Positions 4,892 to 12,045 are shown, counted from the stretch's first letter. The stretch: DNA of 23,640 bases from Candidatus Woesearchaeota archaeon (GCA_964502865.1 CAZCXX010000010.1:1-23640), one strand, 5' to 3'. A program made the numbers and translations. Notes: a model not told the origin generated them from the letters alone.

Positions 4892-6760
4892 ATGCAAAAG
4901 AGGTTAGCGGCATTACTTGCCGTCGGTGTTTTGAGTGTCCTTCTGGCAAGTTTGTTAGTGAGTGCGTTCTGGCCGTTTTCGCTGACAGGACGTGTGATTG
5001 ATGATTATTCACAACCTGCGTTTACGATGGCGGGAAATTCAAAGGCGAATGTACTTGGGAGTGGGAGTGTTGCGAGCGAGGGGGTGGATGGAAATTCTTT
5101 GAGTTTTGATGGGAAAAGTGGATATTACATGATGAAAGCTTCATCGTGGAACGGTCCGGTTCCGGAAAAAGCAGTAAGTGTTACCGGATGGTTTAAGACA
5201 GGAGCATTCACAACGGGAGCGAATGAAATAACAGGATCATGGGTGTCGAAACGTAATTCGTACAACTTAGATGCGGAAGCAGACGGGAGAGTTATCTTCT
5301 GGGTGTTTTTGGATGGGCAGTGGCACTCGGTTTCTTCTAATAAACCGGGCGACGTAAGTTTGAATATGTGGGAGCATTGGGTTGGGACATGGGATGGCAA
5401 CACGATTTCGCTCTATAAGAACGGCGCATTACTTGCTCAAGCAGCAGCGTCTGGAAAACTTGGAAACACGGGCGACTTATGCATCGGGCATGATTGTGCT
5501 TTGCCTGCACCACATGATAATAGGTATTTCCAGGGACTGGCGGATGAAGTGAGGGTTTATAGCAATGCGCTTTCTGCGGGCGCGGTGAAGAGCCTGTATA
5601 CTGAACAGAAGGGGAAGTTGACGACTGGGTCAAGTGGTAGCAACTTGAGCACTGGAGGCTCGGGAGGCTCTGGTGGTGGTGGTGGTGGTGGAGGGAGTAA
5701 CACGACAAGTGGCGGCAGTGGTGGAGGAGGTACTTCTAACAGTAAATCTTGGGCTGATGTACAATTTGTAGCGAATACTGAGGAATCTGTTAATCTATAT
5801 ACTGATAATTATAAAATATTTGAAGGAGATTATCTCTATAATGTAAAATCAATTATTACTAGTTCAGATTTGCCTAAGTTTCTTGCAAGTGGGAGTGTTG
5901 GAAATCAAAATAATTATTTACAACATATAAGTATTAATCCTTTTGCCAAGTATTCTCTTATTACAAGGGATCTGGCAGGTCATCCCGATGGCCTAGGAAT
6001 TGCACATTTTTCTAGATATGATTCTCCTATTTATAATTTTACCATTACTTTCACTAACGAAGTTGATTTTACAAGACTTAAAGGTCAACAAATAACTATG
6101 TTTGGAAAAACCTTTTTAATTGGAGAAAACACGAAACCCTATCAATTAGAGTTAATAGAAAATAACAATTATTATTACCTTGGGCTTGTATCAGAAGAAA
6201 TTACAACGAGATATTCTGGCGGAATTACTACTGGAAAAGACCGCTTAGGTTATGGGGGAGTTTTATCTGCAGTTCATTTTAATGTTGATTCAAGTGAAAA
6301 ACCTGGTCAAATGTTCACAAAAGTAAAAAGACTCACGTTTCTTTTTGTTGCCAGGCATAGTACGGACAATGTTATATGGGAAGGTGAGGAATATAAAGAT
6401 CCCATTTTTGGTTCTGGTATATTCTTTAAAAGAATTGTGGTGCCTAGTGGTGGCTCTGGTGGCGGAGGAGGAGGATCAGGAGGCTCTGGTGGTGGCGGAT
6501 CTGGCAGCACTGGAAGTACCAATGCATTCTGCGCAAGCACTGGGTGCATAATTGATGGCGGAAAGTGCGTGCCGTTTGGAACACGAGTTGCGGCGAATTA
6601 CTGCGCGCTTGACGGGAAGATGAAAGCGCAGGCAGTGTCGGATGTAACCTGTGGGAATAATTACGAGTGCTCGAGCAATGTGTGTGCGGGTGGAAAGTGC
6701 GTGGATGCTGGCTTGATGCAGAAGATACTAGATTGGTTTAAGAAATTGTTTGGCGGGTAG
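4892..6760 (+). CDS. secreted or anchored multidomain protein: signal anchor, LamG/ConA-like lectin domain, Gly linker, AT-rich beta-rich domain, Gly linker, Cys-rich C-terminal module
   Basis: LamG_3-like signatures are NSLSFDGKSGYY, VTGWFK, WEHWVGTWDGNTISLYKNG and FQGLADEVRVYSNALS. The poly-Gly linkers lie at about 5651-5735 and 6447-6520. The tail has 8 Cys (CASTGC..CV..C..C..C..C..C). The ORF-track start at 4889 is TTG, and ATG follows at 4892. Confidence 0.85.
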   Translation: MQKRLAALLAVGVLSVLLASLLVSAFWPFSLTGRVIDDYSQPAFTMAGNSKANVLGSGSVASEGVDGNSLSFDGKSGYYMMKASSWNGPVPEKAVSVTGWFKTGAFTTGANEITGSWVSKRNSYNLDAEADGRVIFWVFLDGQWHSVSSNKPGDVSLNMWEHWVGTWDGNTISLYKNGALLAQAAASGKLGNTGDLCIGHDCALPAPHDNRYFQGLADEVRVYSNALSAGAVKSLYTEQKGKLTTGSSGSNLSTGGSGGSGGGGGGGGSNTTSGGSGGGGTSNSKSWADVQFVANTEESVNLYTDNYKIFEGDYLYNVKSIITSSDLPKFLASGSVGNQNNYLQHISINPFAKYSLITRDLAGHPDGLGIAHFSRYDSPIYNFTITFTNEVDFTRLKGQQITMFGKTFLIGENTKPYQLELIENNNYYYLGLVSEEITTRYSGGITTGKDRLGYGGVLSAVHFNVDSSEKPGQMFTKVKRLTFLFVARHSTDNVIWEGEEYKDPIFGSGIFFKRIVVPSGGSGGGGGGSGGSGGGGSGSTGSTNAFCASTGCIIDGGKCVPFGTRVAANYCALDGKMKAQAVSDVTCGNNYECSSNVCAGGKCVDAGLMQKILDWFKKLFGG

Positions 6761-6811
6761 GCAGGGGGGCGTAGGATTTGAAGGATTCCTTTTTCATACA
6801 TGTACCTTCGC

Positions 6812-7423
6812 CTACTTCCATATTTCTTGAATTGTAAAAGGTATCTTGAATTCTTTTAGCAACGCGGTAATTTCAGGGGAAACCTGTATACCTGCTATAA
6901 GTGCAGATGCAATTTTCTTTGCATGCACTCTTTGGAGCAAGCCTGAATGAGCATAGACCTTTTTCCCTTTTTTTGAGCTATATCCGATGAGTTTTCTCAG
7001 AAAATGTACTTTCTCTTTCTGTCTTGTTTTTGAAAGATCGTACTCTATTAGCACCAAATGCTCATTTTTTTTTGATTCTCCTTCGTACTTTCCATATAAC
7101 ACGAGAGCATACGATGCTATCTCGTTTCCAAGCTCTCTCCACTGATTGGCAGTAAGATCCCCGACTATCGGGACAATTGCATTATCAATACCTCTTAACT
7201 TCCACGTTTTGGAGGCTTTTAGCTCAAACTCATTTAATGCTTCTTTGACCAGTTCGTCAACTTTCTCTCTGTCTTTATCGTCAACGTCGATGAACAGGTC
7301 AACATCTGAGTCTTTTCTGGAATTGCCACGTGCAATTGAGCCGAAGAGCAGTATACGTCTTATTTTGTTTTTTTCTCTTTTGTCGAATAAAAGGGAAATA
7401 AACTCATAAATGTACCCCAACAT
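6812..7423 (-). CDS. minimal (Pol-beta superfamily) nucleotidyltransferase with an unassigned ~90-aa C-terminal extension
   Basis: It carries LFGSIARGNSRKDSDVDLFIDVD, the hG[GS]x9-13DxD motif. GGAGGA lies 8 nt upstream of the ATG. It starts immediately after the stop of the upstream gene. Confidence 0.85.
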   Translation of the reverse strand: MLGYIYEFISLLFDKREKNKIRRILLFGSIARGNSRKDSDVDLFIDVDDKDREKVDELVKEALNEFELKASKTWKLRGIDNAIVPIVGDLTANQWRELGNEIASYALVLYGKYEGESKKNEHLVLIEYDLSKTRQKEKVHFLRKLIGYSSKKGKKVYAHSGLLQRVHAKKIASALIAGIQVSPEITALLKEFKIPFTIQEIWK

Positions 7424-7813
7424 TTATTTTTCCTCCGCTATGCTTTTTAACTTATACAACGATTCAACTGCTTCGTTTGCCTCTTTCGCTTCTTTTTCTC
7501 TTCCATAGCACAATCGGTTACGCAGTTCTTCGATTCTTACAAGAAGCTCCAGTATCTCGTTTTTGCGTGGAAATTCTGCGGAAAATGTGTTTTGCGCTTT
7601 TTTTAGAGAAGCAAAAAATGAGTGGTTTATTTGGAAGCCGGGATCTATAAGGTTCTTTTTATGAAGGTAGAGAGCAAAGATGTTCGTCGCAGCTTCAGAG
7701 ACAGCAAAACCAATTATTTTCTGTCTTTTTGCTACCAGGTTCAGGCGCACCTTTTCTTCTATGTCATCAAGCAGTTCTCGAATGGTTTTTTCATGTTCTT
7801 CTGTGGATGCCAT
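7424..7813 (-). CDS. helical HEPN-like partner of the nucleotidyltransferase (no canonical Rx4-6H motif)
   Basis: It is an all-helical ~129-aa protein ending in ELRNRLCYG. This resembles the RNxxxH region of DUF86/HepT, but with Tyr in place of His. The start is set at ATG 7813 because of the TATA at 7833-7843. The ORF-track TTG at 7981 would read through the promoter. Confidence 0.5.
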   Translation of the reverse strand: MASTEEHEKTIRELLDDIEEKVRLNLVAKRQKIIGFAVSEAATNIFALYLHKKNLIDPGFQINHSFFASLKKAQNTFSAEFPRKNEILELLVRIEELRNRLCYGREKEAKEANEAVESLYKLKSIAEEK

Positions 7814-7832
7814 GAGTTGATGAGGGCCGCAA

Positions 7833-7843
7833 GGTTTATAATC
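7833..7843 (-). promoter_or_regulatory. TATA box for the HEPN-like/NTase operon
   Basis: The minus strand reads gattataaacc. It is 22 nt upstream of ATG 7813. Confidence 0.6.
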
Positions 7844-7849
7844 TTTTCT

Positions 7850-7882
7850 GTTATTAATAACATAAATTCTGTTATTAATAAC
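7850..7882 (-). promoter_or_regulatory. two copies of the perfect 12-bp palindrome GTTATTAATAAC, 21 bp apart (operator candidate)
   Basis: The copies lie at 7850-7861 and 7871-7882. The proximal copy ends 6 nt from the TATA box. Confidence 0.55.
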
Positions 7883-7982
7883 TGTATAACTTAGCTCTTC
7901 AGGAGGCGGCTGCACTTCCGTATCCTGAGCAGCGTATGGATCTGGTAAACGGGTTAATCTCTGCACGAAGTATCCTCCCAAA

Positions 7983-7993
7983 CCCTTAAAAGC
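7983..7993 (+). promoter_or_regulatory. TATA-like box for the DHH gene
   Basis: cccttaaaagc lies about 22 nt upstream of ATG 8014. Confidence 0.5.
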
Positions 7994-8013
7994 TTTCTTT
8001 TACGTGTTACGAG

Positions 8014-9075
8014 ATGCTTTCAACTCAACAATGTGAAGAACTCCGCGAACACCTCACACGCGCTCAAAACCCAGTCTTTTATTATGACAATGACGCAGAT
8101 GGATTATGCGCTTTCTTGCTTTTGAGGAGGTTTTTAGGACGAGGAAAGGGAGTTGCCGTACGCAGTTATCCTGGTTTACATCATACGTATGCGCGTAAAG
8201 CGCAAGAGCTCGGAGCGGATGCGGTATTTATTTTAGACAAGCCCGTGCTTGATCCTGCGTTTCTTACGGCGTTACGTGCACTTGCCATCCCCATTATCTG
8301 GGTTGATCATCACGAAAGCAATGTTCCTTCGCCATTTACTCCGGGAGAAGACTTTTTTATTTATAATCCAATGTACGGAACACCTGCTAGCAGTGAACCG
8401 GTAACTTATTGGGCACAGCGTGTCTGTCGACGGGGAGAAGATCTCTGGATCGCCGTCATGGGTTGCATTGCTGACCATTATCTTCCTGATTTTGCAGCAA
8501 CGTTCGCTGAAACACATCCCGACCTCTGGGCGAAGGGTATTGATCAACCATTTGATGCGTATTATCGAACCGAAATAGGGAGACTTGCAAGAGCTCTAAA
8601 TTTTGGACTGAAAGATTCGGCAACTCACGTTGTTCATTTGCAAAACTATTTGATTTCTTGTTTACATCCAACTGAGCTTTTTGCAGATGTTGCAGGAAAC
8701 AGTGCTTTTCGCCGCATGTATGACAAACTCCATACTCGCTATCAAGCGCTCTTAGAGGAAGCAGAAGGATGTAAAGAGGCAGACCTTATATTTTTCTCGT
8801 ATGGGGGGAGAACGAGCATGAGTTCAGAATTATCAAATGAACTCGCATATCGTTCGGGTGGATGTTTCGTCGCGGTGGCATACACCAATGCAGGTATTAC
8901 CAATGTTTCCCTTCGAGGAACTAATGTTAAAGAAATATTAGAGCGCATCTTACCCTGTCTGACGCATGCTAGGGGTGGCGGACACAAAGATGCTGTTGGC
9001 GCCCGCATCCAGAGTAAAGAACTTGAATTATTTCATAGGCTTTTATCTGAGGAGATTTCTCATGGGCATGTATGA
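8014..9075 (+). CDS. DHH/DHHA1-family phosphoesterase (RecJ/NrnA-like)
   Basis: The motifs are YYDNDADGLCAF (DxD / D.DG), IIWVDHHE (DHH), GCIADHY, and the DHHA1 motif ARGGGHKDAVGARI. Confidence 0.85.
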   Translation: MLSTQQCEELREHLTRAQNPVFYYDNDADGLCAFLLLRRFLGRGKGVAVRSYPGLHHTYARKAQELGADAVFILDKPVLDPAFLTALRALAIPIIWVDHHESNVPSPFTPGEDFFIYNPMYGTPASSEPVTYWAQRVCRRGEDLWIAVMGCIADHYLPDFAATFAETHPDLWAKGIDQPFDAYYRTEIGRLARALNFGLKDSATHVVHLQNYLISCLHPTELFADVAGNSAFRRMYDKLHTRYQALLEEAEGCKEADLIFFSYGGRTSMSSELSNELAYRSGGCFVAVAYTNAGITNVSLRGTNVKEILERILPCLTHARGGGHKDAVGARIQSKELELFHRLLSEEISHGHV

Positions 9076-10093
9076 ACTTGAAATAAAAGTGCAAGGACTA
9101 GTGCAAGGTGTTCGTTTCAGGCAAATAACTGAGAAACATGCGCGAAAGCTGGGCTTGTGTGGATATGTCATGAATCGCAGCGATGGGAGTGTGGATATCG
9201 TTGCGCAGGGTGAACGTGCATCATTGCGAGCACTTCTCCATTGGATTGAAGAAAGCCCGGGATTTTCTCGTATCAATGGTGTGCAGTATCATTGGCACGC
9301 TCCAACGCAGACGTTTTCAGAGTTTCGCATTGTGAAGGATAGTTCATTTATCAAAGACCAAGCAAAAAGTTTTTTTAATTTAGGCAAGACACTACTATCG
9401 CGACGGAAGAGTAACTGGCCCGTGCCTGTAACGATTATACCTGATGGAAATCGGCGATGGGCGCGTACGCGAGGACAAGAGCCACATTTTGGACATTACA
9501 CGTCAGCAAGTTTTCAACATTTGCAAGAATTGTTTGCAACGGCGCGAGCGTATGGAGTAAAATACCTGACAATATGGGGCTTTTCAACAGAAAACTGGAA
9601 ACGTGCTGCTGCAGAACGCCTAGCGTTGTTTGCTCTTTTAGAACAGGGAGTAGAACGTCTTCGTACAGAACTTGCACTTCACTGCATCCGGTTTCGCCAC
9701 ATTGGAAGAAAGGACCGGTTGCCTCCCTCGCTCATTGCAGCACTCGCGGCACTAGAAAGTGAGAGTGCGTCGTATACTGAATTTAATGTTCAACTCTGCC
9801 TGGATTATGGTGGCAGCGATGAATTGGTTCGTGCGGTAAACAAGCTTTTAGCATCAGGGACTCACCAGATTGATGAGAATGCATTAGTGCATGCGCTTGA
9901 TGCACCGGATATACCTGCCGTTGATTTAATCATACGAACTTCTGGCGAACAACGCGTGAGCGGGTTTATGCCCCTTCAAGCAGCGTATGCAGAATTATAT
10001 TTTAGTTCTGTACATTTTCCTGATTTTGACGCACGGGCGTTTAAAGAAGCCTTAGAAGCGTATTGCAAACGAGGGAGACGATTTGGCAATTAA
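9062..10093 (+). CDS. uppS: fusion of acylphosphatase and cis-prenyltransferase (undecaprenyl-diphosphate synthase family)
   Basis: The N-terminus has both acylphosphatase signatures, VQGLVQGVRFR and GYVMNRSDGSV. The C-terminus has IIPDGNRRWAR, WGFSTENWKR and IRTSGEQRVSGF..AYAELYF..FPDF. The start is set at ATG 9062, with GAGGAG 8 nt upstream. It overlaps the DHH gene by 14 nt. Confidence 0.85.
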   Translation: MGMYELEIKVQGLVQGVRFRQITEKHARKLGLCGYVMNRSDGSVDIVAQGERASLRALLHWIEESPGFSRINGVQYHWHAPTQTFSEFRIVKDSSFIKDQAKSFFNLGKTLLSRRKSNWPVPVTIIPDGNRRWARTRGQEPHFGHYTSASFQHLQELFATARAYGVKYLTIWGFSTENWKRAAAERLALFALLEQGVERLRTELALHCIRFRHIGRKDRLPPSLIAALAALESESASYTEFNVQLCLDYGGSDELVRAVNKLLASGTHQIDENALVHALDAPDIPAVDLIIRTSGEQRVSGFMPLQAAYAELYFSSVHFPDFDARAFKEALEAYCKRGRRFGN

Positions 10094-10125
10094 AATGGTT
10101 TCTGGGACTTTTATCCCCATTAGCA

Positions 10126-10138
10126 ACTTTTAAATAAT
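10126..10138 (+). promoter_or_regulatory. TATA box for the 10155 gene
   Basis: acttttaaataat lies about 19-28 nt upstream of the ATG cluster at 10155/10158/10164. Confidence 0.6.
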
Positions 10139-10154
10139 TCTCTTACTCACTTAC

Positions 10155-11510
10155 ATGATGCGTATGTTTTTTTCTGTGATGATTCTCTTTGTCGTTGTCA
10201 GTATGAGCATGAGCAGTGCATTTTGGCCGTTTGACTGGAGTTCTCGTTTGTTCACAGGATTATCTGTTACAAATGTTGCATGTAGTGACAGTGATGGATT
10301 GAACACGAGTATTCTCGGAACAACGAGTGGAAGTGATATATATGGTGGAAATCTAAGCTCGGTTGCAACTTATACCGATCGATGCCAAAATCCCACTATG
10401 GTGCTTGAATTTTCATGCAAGGGTGCTGATGGTGTTATTGGTACCAATGTAAGTTGCTCTCAAGCGTGCGTTGATGGGGTGTGCACAAATCTTTCGATGA
10501 ATGCGAGTGTCAAAAATGCTACCACTGGAAATATAAATTCTTCTTCTGCTTCTGCATTTCCAGATCCGTTGTCACCTGAATCTGAAGACTTTTTTGAGGA
10601 ATTCACACTCGAAGATTTCATTACTCCTGCAGGTGTTGCGAACGCACAACCTGACTTACCTCGACAAATTGCACCAACGCCGGGGGATGAAGAAGAAAAT
10701 GTGAGTACGAATGAAAGCAGCAGAGGAAAATTAGCCGATGAAGAATATTTTGATCCCCCCCTCAACAAATTGCTTTTGAATTTGACCGTTAACACAACGA
10801 GCACGCCACTGCGACTTATTGGACGAGGGACATTTGTCGAGAAATCGGTGCTCTTCCCCCAATTTTTACCAAATGTGCGGCCGGATGCAGGCTTATATGC
10901 AAATTGTGATTTTGTGTATCAGAACGATTCCGTAGTTTCTAACGTTTCTCTTCCGCGAGGAAGTTCGACTATGCTCTATGTAAGCGCTCTTTCTCCCTCA
11001 TTTAAGTGTCCACGGAGAGGAAATGTCGACCTTGAAATTGCCTATCGGTTAGTCAATGTCGGCGTTGCTGAAGTCTTCCCCGATGGTGCACCACACGCGT
11101 GTCGTGCTCCTTGGTACTCTCCTTCATTGCAAACTACTGGTCTCACGATTGTTCGTACACCGTTCACGGTGCAACGTGTGATTGTAAAACCTGGAAAGGA
11201 AAATCGCGTTGTTCAGGGAACGTTTGTTGTTCCGGTTCGATCAGGAAGCGCGACGAATTTCAATCATTTTCATTACACTTCCCCACGGAGTGTGTATCTT
11301 GAAGCGTTCAGAGGAAATACTGGAGATTATGTCAGTATGGAATTCACTTTGGTGCGGTGTGTCGAAGGAAAAGGTGCTCACGAAGTTAATCGATCACGCT
11401 ATTCTTCGGATTCAAAAGAGATTCCTGAACCTAGATTTTTTACTCGCGCATGGTGCAAAGTAGTCTCATGGTTCGGGATGGATTACGAAAGTTGCCTATA
11501 CAAAGAATAA
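10155..11510 (+). CDS. secreted or anchored protein with an N-terminal six-Cys module, function unknown
   Basis: A signal anchor ends in SSAFWPF. The module CSDSDG..TDRC..LEFSC..SCSQACVDGVC lies at 10281-10484. An acidic linker and a large beta-rich C-terminal region follow. Confidence 0.75.
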   Translation: MMRMFFSVMILFVVVSMSMSSAFWPFDWSSRLFTGLSVTNVACSDSDGLNTSILGTTSGSDIYGGNLSSVATYTDRCQNPTMVLEFSCKGADGVIGTNVSCSQACVDGVCTNLSMNASVKNATTGNINSSSASAFPDPLSPESEDFFEEFTLEDFITPAGVANAQPDLPRQIAPTPGDEEENVSTNESSRGKLADEEYFDPPLNKLLLNLTVNTTSTPLRLIGRGTFVEKSVLFPQFLPNVRPDAGLYANCDFVYQNDSVVSNVSLPRGSSTMLYVSALSPSFKCPRRGNVDLEIAYRLVNVGVAEVFPDGAPHACRAPWYSPSLQTTGLTIVRTPFTVQRVIVKPGKENRVVQGTFVVPVRSGSATNFNHFHYTSPRSVYLEAFRGNTGDYVSMEFTLVRCVEGKGAHEVNRSRYSSDSKEIPEPRFFTRAWCKVVSWFGMDYESCLYKE

Positions 11511-11574
11511 GCTTGAAGTCGAAACGTTTTTATACTTCAGGGTGGTTTTTGAAGTATGGTGAATTCTGGTAATT

Positions 11575-11649
11575 GGGATAATAATCTGCCTCGAATTCTC
11601 GTGATAGATAATTCCCAAAAACCTACTCCAATAAAGGGAATTATCTACA
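11575..11649 (-). repeat. stem-loop repeat family 2, copy B (inverted relative to A and C)
   Basis: The stem is 11605-11616 tagataattccc paired with 11636-11647 gggaattatcta. The reverse complement aligns over its full length with copy A. The element ends 2 nt before ATG 11650. Confidence 0.8.
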
Positions 11650-12045
11650 ATGAAGTACGAGCATGAGGGTTTTTTGGGTTTTTTTATCGTCGGGGTTGCT
11701 TTTGTGCTTCTTTTTACGTTCGTGTTCATTACTCTGTCAACAGGCACAACAGGGCTTTTAACAGGAAATGCAGTGTTTAAAGATAACACTCCATTTCCGG
11801 ATTCCAAATCGGGATGTACCGATAGCGATGGCGGAATTTATTCTTTGGTTGCCGGCAATATTACTTATCGCGCCGGAGGCGCTTATCTTCTAACTGATAC
11901 ATGTCGTGATCGTGAATGGGGTCGAGCAGTAGTTGTAGAATATTATTGTCGCGATGACAAGGTCCGTATTATTAATATTCCTTGCAAATATGGATGCAAG
12001 AAAGGTGCATGTTTTGATTCATATTATAACGCCAGTTTTAAATAG
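11650..12045 (+). CDS. small anchored protein consisting of a TM segment plus the six-Cys module
   Basis: The TM segment is FLGFFIVGVAFVLLFTFVFITL, followed by LLTGNAV. The module CTDSDGG..TDTC..VEYYC..PCKYGCKKGAC lies at 11815-12012. Confidence 0.7.
   Translation: MKYEHEGFLGFFIVGVAFVLLFTFVFITLSTGTTGLLTGNAVFKDNTPFPDSKSGCTDSDGGIYSLVAGNITYRAGGAYLLTDTCRDREWGRAVVVEYYCRDDKVRIINIPCKYGCKKGACFDSYYNASFK
12035..12045 (+). promoter_or_regulatory. TATA box for the deoxyhypusine synthase gene (overlaps the upstream stop codon)
   Basis: gttttaaatag lies 22 nt upstream of ATG 12066. Confidence 0.6.

Noticed and set aside
4533-5012. 159-aa ORF on the minus strand covering the hairpin array
   Set aside because: It runs through two TATA boxes and three perfect palindromes, and it overlaps the start of the well-supported LamG gene. 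Its sequence is low-complexity with no motif. Its resemblance to ORF 17334-17522 (LGEGLRSS) simply reflects the shared nucleotide repeat.
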